A stretch of 33,047 nucleotides of DNA from a virus (lineage: Duplodnaviria > Caudoviricetes): positions 1 through 33,047 of IMG/VR virus record IMGVR_UViG_3300031706_000021. The stretch is one strand, 5' to 3'. Shown here piece after piece: positions 1 to 7,421 of the stretch (positions are counted from its first letter, which is position 1; every line of letters begins with the position of its first letter). A program made the translations under genes and the position numbers. Below the pieces are notes generated by a model. It was not told the origin of the DNA. It searched no databases and saw only the letters and a list, made by a program, of their open reading frames with translations.

Positions 1-157
1 AAAAGGATCTTTCCCGGTAACACCCTGGTCGATGTATTTGGCATAGTCTACATCTTTCATAAATGGAAACTTGACTGAGATGCTGTTTTCCATTGTCTCA
101 ACCTCGTACTTAATCGAATTGTAAAGATTCCCTTTTGATGGCTTGTTGCTTTGAAAC
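1..157 (+). repeat. Terminal overlap, left copy
   Basis: Identical to 32891..33047 except position 31 (g) versus 32921 (a). Confidence 0.97.
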
Positions 158-261
158 ATGCTTTTTCTTAGGAGTCTTTTTTGAGACTGCTCGACAACAT
201 CCTTTCCAAACTGATTTAGTGCCTGGTCTGTAAACTTCATAAAGTCGCTGAGCTTTCTCAT
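1..261 (-). CDS. 5' part of junction-spanning virion protein (neck/tail-completion-like), continues at 32890..32567, 194 aa total
   Basis: ATG at 261 overlaps the upstream stop (TAATG); open frame MRKLSDFMKFTDQALNQFGKDVVEQSQKRL...GNLYNSIKYEVETMENSISV runs in frame into the 32567..32983 ORF. Confidence 0.8.
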   Translation of the reverse strand, partial: MRKLSDFMKFTDQALNQFGKDVVEQSQKRLLRKSMFQSNKPSKGNLYNSIKYEVETMENSISVKFPFMKDVDYAKYIDQGVTGKDPF

Positions 262-716
262 TAGCACTTAGTCATGTTATTACTTAGATTAACTGTGAAA
301 TCACAACTCAGGCCGCTAAGATTGTTTTCAAACCGTTCCTTGAATGGAGTGCAGGAAAACGATCCGGCGAGTTCATAGGTTCCGGAATAACTGTTGGACC
401 TTGACATTACAGCCTGAAGCCTTGCAGCTAGATTAAGCATGTTGTTTATTACATCCATTTCGTTGTCGTTGCCTCTTAAACTATCGACGACGCTATCCTT
501 TGAGAAATCAACAATGTCCATAAATAGGATGCTTATCCCCAAAGAGATCTGATTTGTTTGAATGTCAATACTCTCAATCATTATGTGAGCCAGTGGGAAA
601 ATGGTGATCTTGTTCAAATCAACCTCATAAATGTCTCCCTGGGTCACTGTATTACAAAAAGGCTCTGCAATGAGTGAGGCTTTTATGTCATCAATTACTT
701 TAAAATATGTGTTCAT
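261..716 (-). CDS. Putative tail terminator / tail-completion protein
   Basis: 151 aa; FPLAHI and CTPFKERFENNLSG motifs, size and position beside a neck-like gene; function inferred from context. Confidence 0.6.
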   Translation of the reverse strand: MNTYFKVIDDIKASLIAEPFCNTVTQGDIYEVDLNKITIFPLAHIMIESIDIQTNQISLGISILFMDIVDFSKDSVVDSLRGNDNEMDVINNMLNLAARLQAVMSRSNSYSGTYELAGSFSCTPFKERFENNLSGLSCDFTVNLSNNMTKC

Positions 717-991
717 ACTGTTTTAATGAATATAGGTGTGAGACTTTCATCCTCTTTAATTTTTATTTCGATAAACCTTTCGAGCCATTCGAGAGCCTGG
801 TCAAAATCAAACCTTGGCTCGGCTTCAATAACACAATCCAAGGCAATAAAAAAATCATATATCGCAACCTTTGGCTCTGAAGCTGTCACGCCAATCAAAG
901 CCCTCTCAAATCCTTCTGATAAAACAATCGACTCGTCTTCTTTTAAAAAAGATCTATCGTATAGCGAATCAATTATCTGTTCTTTTTGCAT
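713..991 (-). CDS. Hypothetical phage protein
   Basis: 92 aa acidic ORF coupled by overlaps at both ends; GFERALIG...IYD...TPIF pattern. Confidence 0.7.
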   Translation of the reverse strand: MQKEQIIDSLYDRSFLKEDESIVLSEGFERALIGVTASEPKVAIYDFFIALDCVIEAEPRFDFDQALEWLERFIEIKIKEDESLTPIFIKTV

Positions 992-1242
992 TGTTCATTT
1001 GTCTTTCTAAATCATTTTTTTCTTTTTCAAACACTAACCAGGTGAGGCAGGTCTGAAGGTTTAGTTTTTCAACAGCGTCAAACTTTGTCACATCGCCTGC
1101 AGCGAGGCTATACAGTGACGAATAGAATCCCCATTTTTCGGCGAATGCTTGACTATTTGATAGTAATCCTGTTTGAGTTTCTCCTGCGAATAACTGAGGA
1201 TAAGACTCGTGAGTTCGTCTTTTAAATTCAACAAAAAAAAAA
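969..1242 (-). CDS. -1 frameshift extension of the tail assembly chaperone (G-T-like product, about 249 aa)
   Basis: After the T10 run (1233..1242) the -1 frame is open for 87 codons (VEFKRRTHESYPQLF...FAEKWGFYSSLYSLAAGDVTKFDAVEKLNLQTCLTWLVFEKEK...) to TGA at 969..971, with no early ATG of its own. Confidence 0.75.
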
Positions 1243-1717
1243 CAGCACCCAAAGCCACATCCAAAGGCATTAAAGCCATGAAGGTTTCCTTTTCAGCATT
1301 ATAGTCCTGCAATAGATATGATCCTTTAAACTCCTCCTTAATGGGTCTGTATAGCACCCCTAGGGCCTTGTCCATCGTATCCCAATCGTTAGCATATGAG
1401 TCAACATCTAAAAACTCCCCGAAGGTCATATCGGAAAGCTTAGGATGAAACCCGAACTTGATTCCAGCCATCTCAAATGTATTGGTGAGCTTTGGCGTTT
1501 GATCAAATAGCTCGGTCAACATCCCGGTCACTTTCTTAATTGAGCTGTACTTGAAATTATCAACGTGCTTTAGTGGAACACCACAAAAGATTTCAATCAT
1601 TTTCTTATGAAGGAAGTCTTGGTCAATGTCATCCGTTAGGATTTTACTAAAGCGCTGGTATTGTCCAAGCGTTATCTCAGATAATTTGTTCGGCACTGTT
1701 AATTTAAATTCTTGCAT
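1088..1717 (-). CDS. Putative tail assembly chaperone (short form)
   Basis: 209 aa; internally repeated LSEITLGQY / LSDMTFGEF motif; slippery GTT TTT TTT TTG near the 3' end. Confidence 0.7.
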   Translation of the reverse strand: MQEFKLTVPNKLSEITLGQYQRFSKILTDDIDQDFLHKKMIEIFCGVPLKHVDNFKYSSIKKVTGMLTELFDQTPKLTNTFEMAGIKFGFHPKLSDMTFGEFLDVDSYANDWDTMDKALGVLYRPIKEEFKGSYLLQDYNAEKETFMALMPLDVALGAVFFLLNLKDELTSLILSYSQEKLKQDYYQIVKHSPKNGDSIRHCIASLQAM

Positions 1718-1737
1718 TTTGTTTGGTATATATTAAA

Positions 1738-1763
1738 AACGAATCAGGAAATCGATTTGGGTC
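1738..1763 (-). promoter_or_regulatory. Candidate late promoter, copy 1 (GACCCAAATCGATTTCCTGATTCGTT)
   Basis: Exact 26-bp copy at 25267..25292; intergenic, 20 nt upstream of the first tail-block gene. Confidence 0.75.
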
Positions 1764-1771
1764 TAGAAATG

Positions 1772-2995
1772 TTATAAAATGTGATATTGTCCAGCATTTG
1801 GATTCTTTAATTGATAGCTGACGGCGTATCGAATTGCATCGATTGCGTGATTATATTTATCTAATGGCGTCGAGCTCTTCTTTTCCAGCCATGCATAGTT
1901 GTTTAATTCTCGAACTAAAGGAACGCTCTCCGGCCCGTCGTCAATTATTAGATCGTAATCCTGGAGCAGTGAAATCCCATAGGTAATTGAGCCCGGACCT
2001 TTTATTGCTGGGACAATGTTGCAGGTTGATTTGAGTTCATGGATCAGTCTTGGCTCTGCGCTATCTGCCACCAATAGGGATTGGCCCACATGCTTGGAAT
2101 AAAGCTCTCGGAGCTGTGACGTTGTTAATCCAGGCAAATAGAAACACATCTTTAGGTATATGATCCTATTGTTTTTATCAATGCTAGTTTTGACACATGA
2201 ATTTTCATCCTTTGAGAATCCAAAATCTGCTCCAAAAACAGCCGGCGAAACCTCTTTAAACTTTCCGAGCTTCCAATTGCTGAAGATTATACCCTCGGCC
2301 TTTTCAATCCAATTCCCTTGAATAACGGCGGCGTATCTCTCAGGCCTTCTAAGACGCATTTGTTTTATCTGTTCGATATAACTATCCGAAAGATTCTCAA
2401 CGTTGTCTAGATACGTTGTGTGGATGTATGAGGTGTCTCCTTTGCTTATGTTTGCTCCAGCCTCAACGCCTCGGTCCTCATAAAAGCGTTTGTATATAAA
2501 ATGTTCTTTTGTGCTTGGGTTTAATAGCAGTATAATCCTGTTTTGCCTTTGCTTGCTTCTGACTGATAGATCAATTTTATCAAACGAATCCTGGTCGATC
2601 TCTTCGGCTTCCTCCATGCACCAGGTAGTCACGCCCTGCAATGATTTTAAATTTGCTGTCTGGTCCCCGGAGCTGGTCTTGATACCTCGAAATATTATCT
2701 TGCTGCCGTTCTCAATGTTGACGATCTCGTCCCTGGTAATCCTGAACTTATGATGTAGGTTTAGCATTTCAATCTTTTCCTTAAACTCGGGAATGATTGA
2801 AACCGATGCAGATCTTAAAGTATATCTTGTGAATAAAATTGTATGTCCAGGCTCTTCATGAATAAGGCCCAGAAGAAACACCCCGGCAAAGAATGACTTT
2901 CCTGATCCTCGGCCGCCTGTTAAAATAGTGTATCTAGTATCATTCCAAAACCCTTGATACTTCTCACTAAAATCAATCTTAATCTTCTGATTCAT
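1772..2995 (-). CDS. terL: Terminase large subunit (PBSX-type)
   Basis: Walker A GGRGSGKS, Walker B WCMEEAEE, LLNP coupling motif, nuclease motifs GADFG, DSAEP and NHAIDAIRY. Confidence 0.96.
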   Translation of the reverse strand: MNQKIKIDFSEKYQGFWNDTRYTILTGGRGSGKSFFAGVFLLGLIHEEPGHTILFTRYTLRSASVSIIPEFKEKIEMLNLHHKFRITRDEIVNIENGSKIIFRGIKTSSGDQTANLKSLQGVTTWCMEEAEEIDQDSFDKIDLSVRSKQRQNRIILLLNPSTKEHFIYKRFYEDRGVEAGANISKGDTSYIHTTYLDNVENLSDSYIEQIKQMRLRRPERYAAVIQGNWIEKAEGIIFSNWKLGKFKEVSPAVFGADFGFSKDENSCVKTSIDKNNRIIYLKMCFYLPGLTTSQLRELYSKHVGQSLLVADSAEPRLIHELKSTCNIVPAIKGPGSITYGISLLQDYDLIIDDGPESVPLVRELNNYAWLEKKSSTPLDKYNHAIDAIRYAVSYQLKNPNAGQYHIL

Positions 2996-3329
2996 TTTTC
3001 TTAAAGTTAAACAGCGTTCTGAAATCGACAGAGGGAGCGTCTGAGTTCACGTCGACTGTTTCTTTTGGTTGGCCATACGCTGAGTCAAGTATCGCTTTAG
3101 TAGCTGCGACGTCCCCTTGTCTGGCCTTTTTAAGTAGAGCGAAATACATGAGATGCTCTTGACTCATCTGTTGCTGTTCCCTGGTGACTGGATTTGTACC
3201 TTCAGAAATTAGATTTAGTATTTCTTTGGCGACAGTACTTCGATTTCTTGTTCCCTTTGGTCTTCCCTTTGGATTACCAGATTCACCCTTTTGAAATTGA
3301 TGTTTTTTTATTGGTTGATCTTTACTCAT
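2979..3329 (-). CDS. terS: Terminase small subunit (DUF5681-like N-terminus)
   Basis: FQKGESGNPKGRPKG motif; directly upstream of and overlapping terL. Confidence 0.8.
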   Translation of the reverse strand: MSKDQPIKKHQFQKGESGNPKGRPKGTRNRSTVAKEILNLISEGTNPVTREQQQMSQEHLMYFALLKKARQGDVAATKAILDSAYGQPKETVDVNSDAPSVDFRTLFNFKKNESED

Positions 3330-3357
3330 ATGGCTGTATTATGGCTGTTCTTTTATC

Positions 3358-4347
3358 TTAAAGTTTATTTATTTTTAATTGTTTTCCTATCGCTTCAACT
3401 ACATTTACAGTAACTGCATTTCCCATAAGTTTATATCTTTGAGATTCAGGGGTAATTTTAATTTCTCCATCATAATTTCCGGATCTTGTCCAGTTGTCAG
3501 GAAAACCTTGGAGTCTTTCGCATTCTATTGGAGTCAATCTTCTGATTCTATCCGTAACAACCAAATTATCTTTCTGAACGCTTGTTAATGTGTTTGTGAC
3601 ATTATTTTTATTAATTTCTAATCTTTGTACTGTTTTACTTCCTGTTGTTCTGTCTGAACTATTTAAAGGATTTCTTCCTCTCATGGCGCCGATTACTTCT
3701 TGTGCATCGAATTCACGTTCAGCAATATAACTTCCGCCAGAGCCTGATCCGTATCTTGTTGTAAGTGTACAGATATTTGCTTGTTGTCTTTGTAGCTCAT
3801 TAATCGATCTATTACTTTCTGGGATAGGAAATATTTTTCCTCCACGTTTTTCTCCAGTATATCCGACAAGGTATATTCGCTCTCTATTTTGGGGTAAAAA
3901 CCGTTTTGTATTAAGCAATTGCCATTCAAGTCTATAGCCCCCAATGTTGGTAAACGCTTGCAAGATTGCCGCAAAGTCCTCCCGATTGTTTGAGGAGAAT
4001 GTCCCTTTAACATTTTCCCAGATAAAAAAACGAGGTCTGCATTCTTCGATAAGCCTAATTGCTTCAAGGATAAGGCTGCTTCTGTCTCCTTCCATTCCTT
4101 TACGCTTTCCAGCAAGTGAGAAGTCTTGACAAGGGCTTCCAAAGGTGATAATGTCAATTTTGGGAAGATCTCTTCCTCGAACATTTGAAACTGATCCGAT
4201 ATATTCTGCATCTTTAAAATTTTGTTTATAGTTAGCGATTGCGTGTTTATCTATTTCTGAGAAATATGTTTTTTTTATTGAAAATCCTGCTTGTTTTAAT
4301 CCAAGAGTAAAACCACCAGCTCCACTAAATAAGTCTAAATGCTTCAT
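3358..4347 (-). CDS. DNA (cytosine-5)-methyltransferase
   Basis: Motifs LDLFSGAGG (I), GSPCQDFS (IV), WENVKG (VI), PQNRERIY (VIII), RRLTPIECERLQGFP and YKLMGNAV. Confidence 0.96.
   Translation of the reverse strand: MKHLDLFSGAGGFTLGLKQAGFSIKKTYFSEIDKHAIANYKQNFKDAEYIGSVSNVRGRDLPKIDIITFGSPCQDFSLAGKRKGMEGDRSSLILEAIRLIEECRPRFFIWENVKGTFSSNNREDFAAILQAFTNIGGYRLEWQLLNTKRFLPQNRERIYLVGYTGEKRGGKIFPIPESNRSINELQRQQANICTLTTRYGSGSGGSYIAEREFDAQEVIGAMRGRNPLNSSDRTTGSKTVQRLEINKNNVTNTLTSVQKDNLVVTDRIRRLTPIECERLQGFPDNWTRSGNYDGEIKITPESQRYKLMGNAVTVNVVEAIGKQLKINKL
3693..4211 (-). CDS. Nested alternative-frame polypeptide inside the methyltransferase (putative beta subunit)
   Basis: 172 sense codons in the +1 frame of AT-rich DNA; contains TLSDILEKNVEEKYFLS, a segment typical of C5 methyltransferases and missing from the main frame. 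Confidence 0.7.
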   Translation of the reverse strand: MQNISDQFQMFEEEIFPKLTLSPLEALVKTSHLLESVKEWKETEAALSLKQLGLSKNADLVFLSGKMLKGHSPQTIGRTLRQSCKRLPTLGAIDLNGNCLIQNGFYPKIESEYTLSDILEKNVEEKYFLSQKVIDRLMSYKDNKQISVHLQQDTDQALAEVILLNVNSMHKK

Positions 4348-4354
4348 TGTTTTG

Positions 4355-4525
4355 TTATCTTAATGTTTCACAAATCCTGTTCAATGGATAGGGGTTTTCT
4401 TTTAAATGAAATCCGATCATTTCTTGGATGTATATCCTGTGAGTTTCCTTTTTAGTTTTGTATAAAACCCCTAGGTAATAGATGACCATTTCTTCGGGGG
4501 TTGGTTTAGCTCTTTTAATTATCAT
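4355..4525 (-). CDS. Small hypothetical protein (56 aa, MIIKRAKPTPEEMVIYYLG...)
   Basis: Manually translated; fills the gap in the operon and ends 7 nt before the methyltransferase ATG. Confidence 0.55.
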   Translation of the reverse strand: MIIKRAKPTPEEMVIYYLGVLYKTKKETHRIYIQEMIGFHLKENPYPLNRICETLR

Positions 4526-4655
4526 ATATAGTCAAGCATAAATCGATTAGTGGTAAGTAAATCACATAGTCAGTGCAATCCTTTTGTTCGTAATGTCTAA
4601 ATCCAAACAAGATCCCAGGATAAAATCCAAGTGTCAACTCCCAATCATTTTCCAC
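4515..4655 (-). CDS. Small hypothetical protein (46 aa, GTG start, ENDWELTLGFYPGILFGFRHY...YLPLIDLCLTIY)
   Basis: Manually translated; overlaps both neighbours; protein-like hydrophobic pattern. Confidence 0.6.
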   Translation of the reverse strand: MENDWELTLGFYPGILFGFRHYEQKDCTDYVIYLPLIDLCLTIYDN

Positions 4656-5100
4656 AATACTCACATTTTAATTGTTCAACTCCGGCTCTCTCTGTGTCAA
4701 AATCTAATTTATCAAACACGTTGTCGTTTGGAAGATCTAGGCTCCAGTTTATTAAATCCTGTTCATTCCAGTCATTTGCTAAAAGATCATGATCCCACTC
4801 TCCAAGAGAATTGTTGTCTTTGATCATGAACTCCCTTTGTTTTTGCTCTGACCAGCCGAAAACTTTTTCGATCCAAACTTCTTTGTACCCTAAATAAATA
4901 GCGGCCTTTAGTCTCATATTACCTCCGATCACCTGCATTTTTTCATTTACTACTAATGAGCGAACTTTTAGCATTTCCGGAAAGCCTTTAATGCTTTCAA
5001 CTAAGGCCCTAAACTTATAGTCTTTTATTACCCTAGGATTTCCTGGGTATGTTTTAAGCTTATATACTTTTTCAAGTATTTTATCCTGCATAATCTTCAA
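4645..5100 (-). CDS. ParB/Srx-like N-terminal domain protein
   Basis: NPRVI...LVESI...LVVNEKMQVIGGNMRLKAA...IKDN pattern; C-terminal CxxC. Confidence 0.85.
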   Translation of the reverse strand: MKIMQDKILEKVYKLKTYPGNPRVIKDYKFRALVESIKGFPEMLKVRSLVVNEKMQVIGGNMRLKAAIYLGYKEVWIEKVFGWSEQKQREFMIKDNNSLGEWDHDLLANDWNEQDLINWSLDLPNDNVFDKLDFDTERAGVEQLKCEYCGK

Positions 5101-5446
5101 GCTTTTGTTTTAGGTTTTGAACAATCCCAGCCAAACACGGTGCGCAATTGCTAGGCTTTTGATTGCTTGAGTTTACTCGGTTATAAATTGCGAAAATCAT
5201 GTCTCGCTGTTCAAATGAATCAAGCTTGGTGTTGTTATATGTTTTAAAGAAATCAACTAGGAAATTGTATTCGTCTTTTTTTAGCATACCCTTTGCCGGA
5301 AACCATTCGTTGAGAGTCTCCTGCCTCTGGTCACAGTTGCACGGCTTTTTTGTTAAATGCGAAACCTTGTCGACTAATGTTTTGATCCCGGTCGCTTTGG
5401 TGAACTCTGCAACTTTATCACCGAGACCCTTTATTTTTTTGCTCAT
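5081..5446 (-). CDS. Conserved phage protein, probable Zn-binding
   Basis: KGLGDKV...KATGIK...CNCDQRQETLN and C-terminal CAPC. Confidence 0.75.
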   Translation of the reverse strand: MSKKIKGLGDKVAEFTKATGIKTLVDKVSHLTKKPCNCDQRQETLNEWFPAKGMLKKDEYNFLVDFFKTYNNTKLDSFEQRDMIFAIYNRVNSSNQKPSNCAPCLAGIVQNLKQKLEDYAG

Positions 5447-5996
5447 AGTATTTATCTTTAAATTTTCTGTTAATCTTCACTTTACACCTCTTTACTGTTC
5501 TGTATATGGTCGACAGAGAAAGTTTTGTTTTTTCCGACATCAGACCCTTATGTGATTTGAAATCATATCTGTACAGGTTGAAAAGGTTTTTATCAAACCA
5601 GTAAAAAGTATCGACATATTTATCCATGTCTTGTTGAATGATCTTTTCGAAATCATTGTCTTTAGATTCATTCACTATATATTCAAGCTGGCTATTAGAC
5701 AACTTTTCGAGTTTTACAACCTTATTTTCTCGCCTTATCATATCGACAAACATATTTTTTACAACCTTATATATACTTAACGAATGACCATCCCAATATC
5801 GGTCTAGGAATTTTTTGACTTCGGTTGGATCTTCTTCGATTTTATCAATCTCATTTTGAATTTTGATGTACAGATCGTGAGTTATATCCTCGTGATACAT
5901 TCCTTTGTGAGTGTACCTAGATTCAATATTTAAAACGGTTTCCTTTATTTGATCGTAATTGCTCCAAAGGATTTTGAGGGCTTCTTTCTTAGTCAT
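5418..5996 (-). CDS. Sigma70/ECF-like transcription factor (putative late-gene activator)
   Basis: 192 aa; region-2-like EDITHDLYIKI...YKVVKNMFVDMIRR and C-terminal HTH MSEKTKLSLSTIYRTVKRCK; lies after ninG, in the position lambda Q occupies. Confidence 0.72.
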   Translation of the reverse strand: MTKKEALKILWSNYDQIKETVLNIESRYTHKGMYHEDITHDLYIKIQNEIDKIEEDPTEVKKFLDRYWDGHSLSIYKVVKNMFVDMIRRENKVVKLEKLSNSQLEYIVNESKDNDFEKIIQQDMDKYVDTFYWFDKNLFNLYRYDFKSHKGLMSEKTKLSLSTIYRTVKRCKVKINRKFKDKYYEQKNKGSR

Positions 5997-6391
5997 GATT
6001 TTTTATTTAAAGCTTTGTACTTTTCAATTATTTCAATGAGGAAAAAGCGGTCCCATTTATAGCCGGTCTGTTTTGCTCGTGAAACTTTGTCTTGTAGGTC
6101 GATGACCCGTTCCTCTCCAATGCGGTTGATAAGTTCAATGTGATAGGGGATAAGGTTCCCAGCAAGAAAATAGTTGCACTTTCTACAACTTAGATGTACA
6201 TTGTCTTCGTTAAATCTTACTATTGGATTTTGTCCAGCAGAATGAAAGTGAGAGGCGTCTGAGGTATTGAAGGACCCACATGAAACACATGGCCGTCCTT
6301 TGTCCCTTTCTCTAATGAATTTGTGAAAATGTCTAACTGCTGTCGCCTTGAGTTGGCTCAGAGTTTTACTTTGATATTTAAGATAGTCCAT
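5993..6391 (-). CDS. ninG: NinG/Rap-family recombination endonuclease
   Basis: FHKFIRERDKGRPCVSCG, DASHF, RFNEDNVHLSCRKCN...GNL motifs. Confidence 0.9.
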   Translation of the reverse strand: MDYLKYQSKTLSQLKATAVRHFHKFIRERDKGRPCVSCGSFNTSDASHFHSAGQNPIVRFNEDNVHLSCRKCNYFLAGNLIPYHIELINRIGEERVIDLQDKVSRAKQTGYKWDRFFLIEIIEKYKALNKKS

Positions 6392-6491
6392 CCTCTTCGA
6401 TTTTTAGGTCGATCAAATGGCATTGTGAATTTAAAAAGGATTTTTATATCTTAAACTATATTTTTATTAACAACACCCCTAAGTTTTACGT

Positions 6492-6523
6492 AAAAAAAAA
6501 CCCTAACTATTTAAGCTAGGGTT
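6492..6523 (-). terminator. Rho-independent terminator ending the early operon
   Basis: AACCCTAGCT-TAAAT-AGTTAGGGTT stem running into a 9-T run on minus; T-rich tail on plus as well. Confidence 0.8.
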
Positions 6524-6534
6524 GTTCTTTTGTT

Positions 6535-6630
6535 GTCTGTCTCTCCAGTCTGTCAATCTTATCGCAATTGAAAAGGTAAAAATATTCACCGACAGGCTCC
6601 TTTTTGTGGTCCATAATTGCAACGGCCTAC
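6535..6630 (-). ncRNA. Candidate structured RNA (pseudoknot or kissing loop) before the terminator
   Basis: Crossing 8-bp pairings 6615..6622 with 6562..6569 and 6588..6595 with 6550..6557; imperfect hairpin 6606..6630; by-eye folding only. Confidence 0.35.
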
Positions 6631-6631
6631 A

Positions 6632-6880
6632 TTATTGATTTGATAAGGATAATGAAATGCTTGTCGGCTTATTTATTTTTTTAAGTATTTTCTTTGTGCT
6701 ATTGTAGAAAAAGTAGATTTCCTCTTCTCTTACCAGGTCTGATTGAAGTAATTTAATCCTTGCAATATGATAATTTTTCCCTAGGCCATTAATTAAAAAC
6801 CCATTGGGCAAACTATCAAATTCATACAAGGACAATTGTTCCTGATCAATCCAGTGCTTTAAATATTCTATTTGATTCAT
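6632..6880 (-). CDS. Hypothetical protein
   Basis: 82-aa ORF, co-oriented with the operon. Confidence 0.55.
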   Translation of the reverse strand: MNQIEYLKHWIDQEQLSLYEFDSLPNGFLINGLGKNYHIARIKLLQSDLVREEEIYFFYNSTKKILKKINKPTSISLSLSNQ

Positions 6881-6924
6881 GTGATTTATTTAAATGGTTT
6901 GCCCTATGTGCCTAAAAACAGCTT

Positions 6925-7179
6925 TTAAATAGCCTCTGTTAGATCTTTCTCGTTCATGTGAGCCTCTAGCATGTAGCCCTCAGATGGATTGATTAAAGAA
7001 ATCGCCTTGTATATCTTCCTGCTTATAGCTTTTACTTTCTTTTTTTCTGAGTCCTTAGATTCTAGACCAAGATTGCAGTAAAGTAGAGCGTCAATTTTAA
7101 GTAAAGTGTCGAGTTTCCTTGTTTCGCTCCACGTTTTGAAGCCTACGATTTTTGCTGTGTCCTCATGCGTATAGATCAT
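6925..7179 (-). CDS. Hypothetical phage protein
   Basis: 84 aa; ATGA overlap with the upstream gene. Confidence 0.75.
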   Translation of the reverse strand: MIYTHEDTAKIVGFKTWSETRKLDTLLKIDALLYCNLGLESKDSEKKKVKAISRKIYKAISLINPSEGYMLEAHMNEKDLTEAI

Positions 7180-7421
7180 GATGCTTTAGGTTTAACTATC
7201 TCTATCTCCATTGGTGTGATCTCATCGCCAATAAGCCTTGAGCATGTAAATGCTCTAATTGCTACTTCCGCTTGCTTTGAGAGTATAAATCCTGTGCGTA
7301 CTGGCATCGTGCCAGCTTTCACCTGTATGTAGTCATCTAGTATTGATAATGTTAAATCGGTCAAGCTATTTATCTCTTGCTTCTCTTCAATTACTTCAAC
7401 TTTTAATTTTCGTATGCTCAT
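7176..7421 (-). CDS. Hypothetical protein
   Basis: 81 aa; ATGA overlaps on both sides. Confidence 0.7.
   Translation of the reverse strand: MSIRKLKVEVIEEKQEINSLTDLTLSILDDYIQVKAGTMPVRTGFILSKQAEVAIRAFTCSRLIGDEITPMEIEIVKPKAS

Noticed and set aside
5993-6391. NinG as restriction partner of the methyltransferase
   Set aside because: Motifs and position fit the NinG/Rap family; the methyltransferase appears to be an orphan.
6397-6410. GACCTAAAAATCGA, a partial resemblance to the 26-bp late element
   Set aside because: Different spacing, no CGTT, and too close to the ninG start.
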